A DNA stretch of 63,621 bases, the filler included, from Intoshia linei (lineage: Eukaryota; Animalia; Orthonectida): NCBI GenBank assembly GCA_001642005.1. It is 5 parts of 5 records of this genome, joined end to end, with 100 filler letters (N's around TTAATTAATTAA, not from the genome) between each part and the next. Parts side by side here need not be neighbours in the genome. Positions count along the whole stretch, not along the records: positions 30,242 to 60,363 come from LWCA01000371.1; 4 more parts are not named here. One strand, written 5' to 3'. The position numbers and the translations under genes are program-made. Position 1 is the stretch's first letter, and every line of letters begins with the position of its first letter. This document shows positions 39,701 to 52,383 of this stretch, piece after piece. The notes beneath the pieces are model-generated. The model made no database searches. It was not told the DNA's origin and worked only from the letters and a program-made list of their open reading frames with translations.

Positions 39701-42700
39701 TATCATCTAATAGGTTTTTCTTATTTGGCCATCTTTGTACAATATATTTTTTAATTTTTATAAGACGTTCATCCTTTTCTATGCTATCATCTTTACATTA
39801 ATTGTTAATTCTTAAATTTTTTCCGTTTAATTTAAGTAACTAGTTAACACTTCGTTTATAATTAATATTGTATTAATTGATTTTTAATCAGTGGTGCACA
39901 GTTGTTAAGATCAATATTTGGGTGCATATGTCAAAAAAAGGTTAAGAACCACTGCTCTAGTAGATATTGGATTGTTTTGTCATTAATTGCTTTGTATAAT
40001 TTTATCAGTCTTTCATCATCGTTTTTATGGCTTTGTTCTATTCTAATCAATAATACTTCCATTTGTTTATCTTTTACTTCGATTATAATGCTTGGTTTTA
40101 TATTAATTGTCACGTGACTTTAATTATGATAAGAAATCTAATTTAGTAGTGAAATATCGTTTAATCGTGAACAATGATAAATTAAATCTGTATTTTAAGA
40201 ACGTTGTTGATATATTTTCAATCACACTAAAACAATACAATGGCGTAGTAATGACTCTTAAATATATATTACCTTATAATTTGATTAAAATTCTATTAAA
40301 ATATGAATAATTTATTATTTTAGGTATGTCGCAGTTGAATGGTCCGATTTATCAAAAAATAACCCATATTCTAAATCTTTTGAAATTTTTCAAACTGTGT
40401 TAAACCTTTTTCGAAAATTGTTAAGACTCAACAATTTATATTTTACCATAAATTTACAAGCTATTGCTCTTCAAATACCTCTAGATAATGCCCTAAAAAG
40501 GGTGTTACGCAAACTTAATAAACGTAAAAAGGTAATTACATGTACATTTTAACTAGTCAATAATCTACTCTAAATTTCCAAACGCTAATAATGCTAAATG
40601 AATTATTTTTGGCACAATGATTATTAAAAATCTAATTAAATTGAAATAATTATTTCAATAATGAAGTATAACTAATATTATAATTACTTAACATACATTA
40701 CGTTATGATAGTCTTTTTTATTCTATTAGAGAGTCTAGGCTTAGCAACAGCTCTTTTTCTTCCATCGTCATATCTTTGGGTATCACTTAAAAATGATCGA
40801 ACAATATGGAATGATCTATATGTTGAAAAATTACGGTTTAAACGAACAGCTATTTTTTTTATAAGACATGCGCTTTTGATTGTCACAGTATTTTGCTCCA
40901 ATAATAAAAAAATTTTCGTTTTCAGACAATTTAATAGATAATAATCGTATACATACTATGTAATTATAGTTTAATTATGATTAGTGTTGTTATAATTGTG
41001 AACACATTATTTAATCTGATTTTAACTATAGTATTAATAACTTTTTTAATTTTAGTTTTTTCAAAAATATTTTTTTACGATGACAACATATTGACATTTT
41101 TATATGACATGTCAATTTTCAAAAAAATATATTGACGAATAAGGAAGCTATGTCACAATATCATGCCTTAAAAATTAGTGGACGGAGTGTACTACATAAT
41201 TATACTTTACATTTTATACAAGTGATGGTACTGACTTTCTACATTTAAAATAAAATATTATTGAGATTGTGATTTTTAAATCGATTCGGTGTTAAATTTT
41301 ATAAAAAACATGTTAATTGTTAACATGTAAAAACTGCAATTTAATATGATGGATTATATTGTAACTCATGTTACTCCCGTTTTTAACCATTTTTGGACAA
41401 AAATGTAATATAAATCACACTCTAATAAAGACATTAAATGAAATCAATCATAAAAGTGACCAACACCGATTAATGAAAATTTTAACTTTTGATAACGTCG
41501 CATACATTAATTTATATTTGTCTAGTTGAATGTGCTGCACGCTATATTATCGGACGAAGAATATTTGCAGTATGATTTATCTAAATTTCCTCATCTAACT
41601 CCTTTATTGTTGGATCCTACTATTATATGTGATGGAATTATTTTATCTGAAACAAAAATTTTCAGCGTATGCTAATGTATTAATACTGTTACTATTCATA
41701 TATTTTAGAGCAGTTTGGCTCCCATATATATTACCTTTACCACCCGTAACAAAAAAACGTATCCATTAATTTTCAAAAGTGGTGATGATCTTCGTAAGTT
41801 TATTATAATAGCGATTAATGATTGACAGGTCAAGTCCATCGTTACTTTAGATTAGTTAGAATGGTTTTTAAATTTTAAAAAATTAAAATAAATTATGAAT
41901 TAACATTTTATTATTTAAAAATGATTTAAATTTCGTTACTAAAACTTATTGTTCCTTCTAAAATATAACTACTGTCAACCTTTTAAAACCACTGCTATGT
42001 CGGAATTAATTTGCCATTTAGGTCAAGATCAATTGATTTTACAAATTATTGCATTGATTGACTTGTTATTATTACAAGTAAATCTGGATTGTAAGTTGAC
42101 TCCATACAAGGTCCTAGCTACAGATACAGAGCATGGATATGTTGAATACATTAAATCTATGGCTGTGGCCGATATAATTCAAAAATATGGGTTTTTATTT
42201 AAATATGATCCTTAAACGTAACTGGTAGAATCATTTTAATATTATTGAAACTAATTAGATAAATTATATTACTAAAATATAAAAACCTAACGATTTCTTT
42301 TAGTTTATTAAAGTTTTACCAAATTTAGGAGCATATTGCAATATTTAAGAAGTATAGCTCCAAGTGAAAATAGTAGTATTGGAGTTGATCCTCGAGTCTT
42401 GGACAATTATATAAAAAGCTGTGCAGGGTACAGCATGATTACATATATTCTTGGAGTAGGAGATCGTCACAATGATAATATCCTTATGACCGCAGAAGGT
42501 TTATTTATTTGTATTTTTAAATTTATTTTTAGGTTGTCTGTTTCATATTGATTTTGGATTTATTTTGTGTAATATATAATCATTTTTATTTACAATTTAA
42601 CATGAAAGGTTAATTGATTAAATTGATAGTTCTGTGATCTACGAGTCTTTACATACAATATTATTTATACTTTAGGGCGGGACCCAAAACCCATGCCAGC

Positions 42701-43136
42701 TCCAATAAAAATAACAAAGGAAATGGTGGAGGCTATGGGTGGAAGAAATAGTTCATATTTTACGTCTTATATAGAATTGTGCTACACCGTTTTCATTCAT
42801 TTGAGAAAACATTGCAATCTCATACTGAACCTTTTTTCTCTCATGATTGATGCTGGTATACCTGACATGGCTATAGATCCTGCCAGAGCTATGCGAAAGG
42901 TAATGTAAATACTCCATTTAACATTGATGAGAATTAATACTTTTTTCATTTACAACTGTTTAGATTGAAGAAAAGTTTTTGTTGTCCAAGACTGAAATCC
43001 AAATTCATAAAATTATAAAAGACGTAATAGACAATAGTCTCGAAGCGCTTATGCCTAAAATTGCTGAGGGTGTACATAAATTTTTCAAAAAAAAGGTTTT
43101 TTTTTAAATGTTAACTTTAAAATTTAGTTTACTTGA
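33749..43136 (+). CDS. PIK3C3: Phosphatidylinositol 3-kinase class III (Vps34), 18-19 exons
   Basis: Exons 33749-33813, 34002-34081, 34117-34213, 34265-34345, 34388-34531, 34911-34980, 36616-36849, 37288-37832, 38392-38506, 38545-38612, 40324-40531, 41526-41666, 41709-41793, 42022-42190, 42329-42498, 42533-42568, 42676-42899, 42964-43095, then either 43128-43136 or read-through to a stop at 43107. C2, helical (LVQALRYE) and kinase ([33 protein letters not shown]) domains. Confidence 0.95.
35770..36531 (-). mobile_element. Helitron-like family H copy with internal ~130-bp subrepeats, in a Vps34 intron
   Basis: AATTCTAGG...AAAAAGGGTAAT.TGGG.TTTTG.CCGTG recurs near 36034 and 36167, more weakly near 36302; the terminus reads A|TCCTTACTTA on the minus strand. 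Confidence 0.55.
38700..39850 (-). mobile_element. Degenerate Gypsy integrase, antisense in a Vps34 intron
   Basis: [55 protein letters not shown]; PPT-like AAAGGTGGAGAA near 38735. Confidence 0.88.
39889..39954. mobile_element. Internally deleted 66-bp hAT-type MITE
   Basis: CAGTGGT ... ACCACTG; shares its right end with 1-53. Confidence 0.6.
40698..41189 (-). mobile_element. Tc3-like transposase N-terminal HTH remnant with 5' terminus
   Basis: [34 protein letters not shown] resembles the Tc3 paired-like domain; TA|CACTCCGTCCAC terminus at 41189. Confidence 0.5.
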
Positions 43137-43424
43137 ATCAATGTATCGTTTTTAACTAGTTTATTTAAAATTTGTTACATATTTAATAAAAAATTTTCAG
43201 TCATGTAAGGTTTTATCGAGGGCCGAACCTACCGTGCTGGAGCCATTTTATTTCTATTTGTTATTTTTTTATGCAGAAAAATCGCAATTAGTGAATATCT
43301 ACATAATTTTTTCAAAACAATATTTTTTTTCATTTAAAACATCACAATTTAGTATACTTGATCAATTCAGTGTTTTTGATATGTTTATTTAAAATGTATT
43401 GAATATTTCATTATATAAAATGAA

Positions 43425-46400
43425 TCAGGATGAAAGGTTAAACCTACAAGCTATATAAACTTCTGCAATCAAAACTAGCATTGAAAATAATAGGGATATT
43501 GCCGTTATCTAAAAGTAGATAAAAATAAATTAATAATTAATTAATATATTCGCACATATAAATTTTTCAATTAATCAAAAACTAGACAGTTCATTAACTA
43601 ACTAAACTCCTAAAAATTAACAGGTTTTTTATGTAGCTCATATTTAGTCACGTTAATGAAGTTGAAGATATTGATAATTTCTCTCAGAAATAATATTTTT
43701 GGTTTATAAGTTTACAGCCCCAGACTATTCCAATTATTCACCATTTCACTGACCCTACATAACATGATATGCATGATGGAAGTGAGAAAAATAACAGTAA
43801 AAATTTTTTTGACCAATAAAATTTTTATGGTATTTTTTTTTAAATTTTGGAGGCGATATTTTCCCAAATTTGCATAAAACATACATTAAAATATTCATTA
43901 GTATGTACGGTATAATTTAATTTTTTTCATTAATATTTTGATGTCAGTAGAATGAATTAAATAAATGAACTAGTCTAGGTATTTATTAACGAATTTTCAA
44001 TTTCGTTAATATGGAATTTTACCCATAATAAACATCCTTGTCAACAGAATTTAATTTTTTTAAATAAAAACCATTAAATGGTCATATTTCTTGTTATTAT
44101 GAGTTTTTGAATAATATATGACGAAGTAATATAAACAAAATATTATCAACGGGGTCCATGTCAACTCCTCGGTCCCCAACAGTTTTTTGGGGTCCATAAA
44201 AAATTTTATCAATTTTAAATTATTTACAAAAATAAAATAAAGTTAAAAATGATATTTCCGCAATGATAGTAATTATTTCTAATTAACACCATGTAATTTA
44301 ATATATATTAAAAATTTAATAAAAAATGTAATAAATTGACTTGTAATTAATAAAAAATAGCTTATAGTCATTAAAAACAGATTCTAGAGTTTTAAAGATA
44401 AAATTTTTATTAACAGAATTTTTGGTACATACAAATTCGTTAAAAAAAAATAAATAATTCAAAATTCCGTTAATAAGGACTTAGGCTTTATAATAATATA
44501 ATGTATTATAATAAAATGTTATTACCGGTATAATGCTGTTAATATTTAAAATATTGAAGATAAAATAAAATGAAAATGCAAAAGCAGAAAAAAATCCGAG
44601 TATTATTGTTACACTCATAACAATTATGCCATTTAATTCTTTGGCTAAATAAAAAAAAGTAAGTCTTGAACTATATTCACAATGTACAGATAATCCCACG
44701 ATGAAATTTAAGTTTTCATGTAAAAATATTTCATTATTAATATCAAATTCATTGTAATGTAAATTATACGACTCTTTCCATTAAAAACTAGTATAATTTA
44801 ATTTTATAATTTTAATAATAATAATAATTTTCATCCATAAAGCTTCACTTTCTGAAAATTAAAATTAGTGATAAAATATTACTTTCGAAAACTATTAGAA
44901 ATTGTAGTTTTTTAAATTCTAGGCGCTTAATTTTTTTTAACACATAGATATTCTATTTTATATACAGAGTAAATATATAAGTAAAAAAGCATCCATCCAC
45001 GTGCGAAATGGGTCTTTCTAATAAAAAAATCAAAACTGGACACCCTAATAAGCAAGAGTAGAATAACATCGGCCCGTGCATGGCTTTAACATATATACCT
45101 ACCAAGTGGTTATCCCTTATAAATAAAAATATTATATATTGTAGACAACGTTATAACCTTGTTTAGCAACAGAGTCGTCTTTATCAATGTTCTAAAATTG
45201 AATAATAATCCATATTTATCAGTATAGGTATACCATCTCAATGTTTTTTAGCAGATGTTTGAATGTTTTTTTTACAGTAAGACGGTTCCAAAATTTAAAA
45301 GAACCTGATATTGGATTTTAATAAATTTTTACGGTTTATTTAAATGTATAAACTGCCTATTCTCTGAAGCAGTGATTCTTAACCAGTGTGTCATAAGTAG
45401 AGACAGGTGCGCCGTACAGAAATTTCGGTTTATTATATAAATTTTTTTAAATTAGTATCAAACTTTTATATTGACAATTCTTTCATAACATTGTGGAATT
45501 TACTATTTAATAAAATGAATATTTCCATAAAATTGTAGATTAAATAATATGATAAATATCAAAAATATCAACATTTCATCATACATCTAATGTTATCTAC
45601 TAAATTTAAGTTGATAAAATTAAAGTATTTTTGTATTGTGATTTTATATTTTTATCGTTTTTAATCTTTGCACATTTCGAAAATCAATTTTTTTTCTTTT
45701 CAAAATTTGAAATGCGCCCTGAAGTAATAAAGGTTAAGAATCACTGCTGTACAGCGATACACCTAATCAACATAATAATTGATTTTGTTAATTAATCATT
45801 AATTTTTGACGAAATTTTTTTGGGTGCATTTAAAGGAAAAAGAGTTTTAAAGATATTGAAGATGTTAACTGTTAAAAATATTTGTTAAAAAAATGGGTCT
45901 TAATGATATTCCAAAAAATTTTACAAATGGTAGATAAAAATTTCCCCTAAAAATCTCGTATACTTATCTCGTATATATCTGTAAACTCGTATACCTCGTA
46001 CCAAAAAATATATAAATCTCAAAAATTAGTAAATGAAAATATAAAAACCTTTTTGATGATATTATTGTAACAACGATTTTCATTATCCACAGTGTATTTT
46101 TTTATTCGTTGCCTCAATTCTTGATTATCTTTGATATTTTCCTATATTATTAATATCATATACATCAGGAATGGGTTCGTTAACTGGGGTATCAAATCAG
46201 TTTTTAAGCGTGCCAAAAAATTTTTTTTAAAAAGTCTACATTTTATGTTAATAAAAAAAAATGAATAAATAAGGACATTTTTGATAAAAGTTATAAACAA
46301 TAAATTAAAAAAAAGTTAACAATTTACTTGAAAGTATTCGAAATTAAAAAATATAAAAAATGAATTGTTCTCCAAGTAACTCAGAGACACAAAATGAGAG

Positions 46401-48362
46401 GATTATTAACGTTCATGAGAAATACGCGAATATCGATGCTATAATATATTTTATAAAAAAAGTGATTTATACCAACGACTAACGCACAGTGTACTCTGAG
46501 CCGAACAAATCGTACCAAGGCCTTCATGATAGGTATATGATATACTGTATCGTTGCGAATTTTTTATTTTCGGGCCTTGAGCATGATAAGTTCGGCTCTG
46601 ACTATACCTTATTAAATATACATTATTTACAATATTTAATTACGTTTTCATCTACTTTGAAAACTAATTCACCTTGTTTGTAAACTTGAGATAATTCAAA
46701 GCCTCCATCTAAATAAATTGTATTATGTCGATTGTAGATATGCAATAATATCAATAATATGATAAAGTAAACATCCTTACTTATATATTATGCTCTGCAA
46801 TATTTTTTGCGTGTGTTTTACCGTTTATTTAAACAACTACCAGTCGTAGAATTTTATAAAGTCCATATTTCAATTACATTTTTTTCCGGGGTGTTAGCAA
46901 AATAAATTTCAACCTCCCAAACTCACATCTTACAAATCAAAAAGCCCAATTGTCCTATTTTTTGAAAATCCAAAGAGTTCGAGAATTTAAAAAAATATAT
47001 ACTCTGATACGGATTTTAACTGATCTTTAATTGACTTTAACTTTAACTTGAACTTTAATTGATCATAAATTTAAATTTAAAAAAAAATATCTTCAGGCCA
47101 AAACTAGTGATTGTACCGAAATAAAAAATACTATGAAAATATGATTATATTATAATATTTAAAATTTACCATTTCAAAAATACCACCACTAAAAAAATTT
47201 TATCAAAACTACCATTTCAAGCCCTAATGGAAAAATTGACTTACACCGATATTCTTTTCGAAAATCCGATTTTACGAAATCTTATGAAAAAAATCCACTT
47301 ATAAACCATAAATAAAAAATCTAATTTTCTAATCCTTAATGGAAAAATATCCTTTTTCCAATACTTTTTTAAAAACCTCTTATTCCAACCACAAATTACT
47401 AACGCTTAAGGGAATTATCCTCTTTTTCCAATTTTATTTTGAAAAATATTATGAGTTGTTACGCACTGGAACGCTATCATCAAGATTGTTAAAATTAAAG
47501 GAAGTCCTTATGACCGTTCAACCTACGTCAACACAAAATGAAAGAAATTTTTCTACTGCTTCTAATTTCGTTACAAAATGTAGAACGCGTTTAAAAGACG
47601 AATCTATCAATATTATGTGTGTTTTTAAAAAATCTAAAATAAATAAATTTTTTTCTATATAAATTTGTAAATTTCAATCTAGATTCGTGTTATTTTATTA
47701 ATTAGATTTCTTTTTGTTTCTAAAATTTTTAATGCTTCTATATTATATATGAATCAAAAATTTTTATTTTTAATTTCCCGGGAAATCACAATCACTAGCC
47801 AAAACCACAAATTACCCTTTTTTTTAATGAAAAAAGCCCTAGAATTTAAAAAAAATTACAGGTTATACAGTCGTAGCCTGTTAACACACAAAAAATCTAA
47901 TTAAAAAAAATAGAACAAAAAAAATTAAATAAATTTTCAGATGTATTTCAATGTTGGTAACACTTCATCCGAAATCCATGAGAAAAAAGAGTATGCACTA
48001 CAGGTATTTATAATTTTATTTTTTAGGGTTTTAGCTATTATAATGTATTTTGTATAAATTCAAAAAATAAAATTTTGTTGTCAATAATATTTATCATCTC
48101 AACAATTGCTACGTTTGCATTGATCGATAGAGGTTTAAACGTAATCGTTCTTTTTCCCTAAACCTAATTCTACTATGCCAAAGGTTTGAAATTTTTCATA
48201 GCCTATGATTAAAAACATTTTAATCATCATGGTAAAAATGGACTAATGCTACTTTTATTCTGTAAATAACATACAATTTCCTGAACAAAAAACAGAAGTT
48301 ATATTACTACCCCATATTATTTGAATTAACTTTTCAATATCTAAATAATCCTTTACTAGCAT
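43425..48362 (-). CDS. TMEM199: TMEM199/Vma12 V-ATPase assembly factor, 6 exons
   Basis: Exons 48275-48362 (tentative), 46644-46708, 46049-46141, 45158-45191, 44526-44644, 43425-43508 are phase-consistent. NQELRQRIKK....N..YNNI, then two TMs ending LVLIAEVYI, match NPELVARLEK..NEEY..LAELYV. Mostly missed by the ORF track. Confidence 0.8.
45370..45746. mobile_element. hAT-type MITE in a TMEM199 intron
   Basis: Perfect 15-bp TIR CAGTGATTCTTAACC / GGTTAAGAATCACTG. Confidence 0.8.
46774..47900 (+). mobile_element. Helitron-like family H copy interrupted by a hAT insertion
   Basis: Starts A|TCCTTACTTATATATTATG; reverse complement of the 9185-9590 copy, resuming after 47797. Confidence 0.65.
47105..47797 (+). 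mobile_element. Non-autonomous hAT element with transposase C-terminal remnant
   Basis: Perfect TIR TAGTGATTGT / ACAATCACTA; perfect 8-bp TSD GCCAAAAC; VQPTSTQNERNFSTAS..TKCRTRL. Confidence 0.9.
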
Positions 48363-49290
48363 AAAATTTAAAGTCTGTGTTTCAGTTAAAATTTAATTGA
48401 AAATTAAGAATCTTAGAATTAAAAAAACCAAATTTTAGTAATCAATTTTTAGCAAATTTCATTCTCAGAAATTCAAATTTTTGAATTACAAAAATTTACG
48501 AAAATAACAAACATTCAGTACCGACATAGCCAGGTACTGTTTGTACAAAGTACAAAACAGAAAAGTTAGTCGATAATAAAGTCTATTTATGGACATATTT
48601 AAATAAAAAATAATCATAATTATATTAAGGATGCTTACACTGTTTATATGCATCTAAAATTTCCTTTAGACTGACTAGCCTTTCATTTTGAAAATATTTT
48701 TGATCGGTAGAAGCAAAATATGACTTTAATTTAGTAATATTAACATATGTTTTGTAGGTCATTGAGATTCACTAAATGTACTTAAAAGATAAGTTATTAT
48801 CAACCTCAAAAATTGGAAATTAGCTATTAAATACCCCTGATGTATATGATAAATTTATAAAATTCAAAATAATTATTACCAATTTCTTGATGACTTAAAA
48901 TAAACGATAAATATTTTTAAATTATCAGTAAAATTTAATAAAAATTCACATTCTTATTTTGAAATTGATTACTAAGACAATGTTTTTCTGTATTGAATTT
49001 ATTTTTTTAAGGTTGACTTGGCCACCTTGATTTAATGTAAAGGGAACATTAATAATGGTTTAATAATGAATTTATCTACGACGTCCAAATGCATGTTAAT
49101 ATGACAAAGATTTTCAACCGAAATTAATTTTGTTGATAAATTTAAAGGAATATTATTAACAAGTGAATAATACTAATTCGTAATATTGAAGAAATAAACT
49201 AATATCATATTCATGGAATACAAAACAATAAAAAAAGAAAATGTAATAAAATTTAAATTTTTACAAATAACAGTATAAAAAATATAAAAA

Positions 49291-50580
49291 TCATTTTTGA
49301 ACTCGTTTCCTTTTAAATTTATACCGAAGTCCTAAATTGGATTCATCATTATCGGTTTTTTTATATTTTCGTTTTCTTCGATCAATTTCGCGACATTCCA
49401 TTCTAGCTTGCCTTTGCGCTTCTGAAATCGACTCCATCAAATTTAAAACGGAATCTTCATTAACATCATATAAAGGAAGTTTATACCCCAAACTAGATTC
49501 AATTTTTATATACAATTCAACATCATACTGAGTAACAAGTGTAATTGCTTTTCCACTGCGTCCAGCTCTAGCAGTTCTACCGACTCTGTGAATATAATCT
49601 TTACTGTGAGTTGGAACATCATAATTTATGACACAATCAACATGAGGTATGTCTAAACCTCGACTAGCCACATCAGTGGCCACGAGAATTCCATTAGATT
49701 TGTGTCGAAACTTGTTTAAAGAAGCTATGCGTTTTTCCTGACTCATTTGGCCATTCAAGGGAATAGATAAATAACCCAACAGTTTCAACATTATACTGAC
49801 ACGTTGAGTTCCATTACATGTACTACAAAAGACTATGACTGATTTCCCATCACAAATTTGATTCAAAACACAAATAAGATAACCATCTTTAAATTTAGAC
49901 GGAATAAAACAATAATTTTGAGATAATTTTTCGACAGTTTGATATTTTTCACATATATCAATTCGTAGTGCGTCTTTTAGACAAGCTCTTTGCAGTTTTT
50001 CAACTTTATTCGTCATTGTTGCGGAAAATAATAGTGTTTGTCGATCATGTGGTAATTGTTGGACTATTGATGTAACTTCTTCTTCAAAATCCATTCCCAG
50101 GATTCTATCAGCTTCATCCATAACCAAAAACTTAACATTTTTCATGTTGAAACCTTTCGTGTTTCGAAAATGATCGACTAGTCTTCCGGGTGTACCGATA
50201 ACAATGTGTGGTTTTTTACTGAGGGCTATTGCTTGTTGGACCATATTCATACCTCCCACTATTGTGGCTACTTCTACACCAATTATCGATCCTAATGCAT
50301 TCATTTGTTCGGCAATTTGAAGTGCCAATTCTCTTGTTGGAGTCAAGATGAGACAAAATAATCTCGATGACTTTTCCATTAATTTTTGCAATATTGGTAT
50401 ACAAAAAGCTGCCGTTTTTCCAGATCCTGTTTCAGCCAAACCAATTACATCCTTTCCTAGTAAAATATTTGGAATTGACTCTTTTTGAATTTTTGTCGGT
50501 TCAGTCCAATTTAATGTTTTTACTGTATCGCATAGTACGTCAATAACTCCAAGTTGTTTGAAACCGGATAGTTCCGTCAT
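49291..50580 (-). CDS. DDX47: ATP-dependent DEAD-box RNA helicase DDX47/RRP3, intronless
   Basis: 429-aa ORF with Q motif, AETGSGKT, PTRELA, TPGRL, DEADR, SAT, RGLD and HRVGRTARAG; RRP3-specific LAETGSGKT, ENTKGF-like and YDVPTHSKDY motifs. Confidence 0.95.
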   Translation of the reverse strand: MTELSGFKQLGVIDVLCDTVKTLNWTEPTKIQKESIPNILLGKDVIGLAETGSGKTAAFCIPILQKLMEKSSRLFCLILTPTRELALQIAEQMNALGSIIGVEVATIVGGMNMVQQAIALSKKPHIVIGTPGRLVDHFRNTKGFNMKNVKFLVMDEADRILGMDFEEEVTSIVQQLPHDRQTLLFSATMTNKVEKLQRACLKDALRIDICEKYQTVEKLSQNYCFIPSKFKDGYLICVLNQICDGKSVIVFCSTCNGTQRVSIMLKLLGYLSIPLNGQMSQEKRIASLNKFRHKSNGILVATDVASRGLDIPHVDCVINYDVPTHSKDYIHRVGRTARAGRSGKAITLVTQYDVELYIKIESSLGYKLPLYDVNEDSVLNLMESISEAQRQARMECREIDRRKRKYKKTDNDESNLGLRYKFKRKRVQK

Positions 50581-50685
50581 TATTTTTTATTTTAATAGAA
50601 TTGAGAGATAAAATTTAATTTGCATTTAAATGAGCGATAATAAATTTCTTTGTTTTCATAGTGATTTTAGAATAAAAATGAAATA

Positions 50686-52197
50686 CCGTAAACACTCGAA
50701 AAGTGACCACTTTTTTAGGCAAGTGGTCAATTTTTCCACTAAAGTTAAAATCATAATATAACTATAGTTACACATTCTTTAAAATACAGTATTAATTTTA
50801 CGTACCATATCATACATTCATCATTTTAACAATAACTGAAACAGAAGCTGGTTGATTAATCGACTAAAATTATTAATTACGTTGACCATCATTATGAAAA
50901 TATATTAAAAATAAGACGAGAAATTTCTAAGCTAATCATTTATTATTTGTCTATTATAATTATACAAAAGTATTTCAGAGTGGAAAATATATATAATTAT
51001 ATATAATTAGATATTATTAATTATTTTTTTTATATTTCATTTGAAACACTTGAGGACTGTATCATTTTGCTTTCCAATAAATATATCTTCTAGATTCTTT
51101 GGACAATGTTGTTTTGCATATTTTCTAAGATTATTAAATATCGCATAAATTCCATCCTTTCTTAATTCTTCAAAATCTTTCAATTCTTCATTTTCTGCTA
51201 TATTGATATTGTCTATAACGTCATTAATTTGGTCTTCAATAAAATTGTCTAAATTCTCATTCACAGAATCAGAAGATGTATGTTCCTTTTCCTTTAAATG
51301 CGTAAATTTTATGACATGATTAAAACAGTTTAAAATAGTATTTTTACTAACTTTATCAAAAGCACATTTTGACCACATTATGTCATCCAAAACATTGATA
51401 GATTTCGAAAAATTTTTCAATTGTTCTTCATTTCATAACATTATCGTCTTTAAGAATAAATTTTTATAATTGTCTTTAAAATTTTTAATTATGCCGGCAT
51501 CAAGAGGTTGAATTAAACTTGTAGTGTTGGGAGGTAAAAAAATACATTTTATGTTAGACAAATACAAATCCATATGTGAAGAGCAATTGTCGAGTATCAT
51601 AACTTTTCTCTTCTCTTTAAAAAATTTTTTGTTAAGATTCAACATCCAATCACTAAGAATATCTTCCGTCATTCAAGCATTTCGGTTACTGTAATAATTA
51701 ACATTTATTTCTTCAAGGTTAATATTCTTGAATGCTCTTGGATTTTTAGCTTTTCCTATAAATAATGGAGATAATTTATCACCACTTTTTGAACAGCAGA
51801 GTAAAACCGATATTCTCTCTTTGCATTGTTTTGTATTTTTTACGCTTTGACATCGTTTGAATTAAAACTTTTGTTATTTAAGCATTTGAAGAATAATGCT
51901 GTTTCATCACAATTATAAATATTGCAGTCGTCACATTCTTCATATAATTTCTTAAGAGTATCCACAAAACTTTCTGCCTTACTGTGATCAGCAGAGGCAG
52001 ATTCACCTACAAGTTTTAGAAAAATAACGTCATTTCTTCTTTTGAATTTGTACAACCATTCTTGCGACGCTATGAAACTTTTAATTTCTAAACTTGAAGC
52101 AATTTTCAGAGCATAAAATTGTATTATTTATCCGGAAACTGGAACATCATATTTTCTTAGTCGTTCCAACCTGTTTATAACTCCCGTTTCAACTATT
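50686..52197 (-). mobile_element. Degenerate Tigger/pogo (CENP-B HTH + DDE_1) transposon
   Basis: FIASQEWLYKFKRR, GESASAD, IYNCDETALF, LDNCSSH, FLPPNTTSLIQPLDAGIIKNFK; TA|CCGTAAACACTCG terminus. Confidence 0.9.
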
Positions 52198-52383
52198 AGC
52201 CTTTGATGTGACCAATTTGTAGGTGCACTTGGATATCGTTGATTTATATTTACAATGCATTTGAAAACAAAAAATTTAGATTAAAATCATTAATCAAATG
52301 AAAGAGAATAACGGATATTGCTAAAATAAAATTAATCAATATCAAATAAATTAGATTTAAACCACAATTATCAAAATTTTCAA

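Noticed and set aside
45794-45945. Alternative TMEM199 micro-exon (GKFLSTI) and alternative last exon
   Set aside because: The 45158-45191 exon fits the family alignment better; chance AG/GT pairs are frequent in such AT-rich DNA.
33749-48362. Functional cluster of endolysosomal genes (Vps34 tail-to-tail with TMEM199, PLA2G15-like nearby)
   Set aside because: Only two genes are on one contig, in convergent orientation with no shared promoter; chance adjacency is sufficient.
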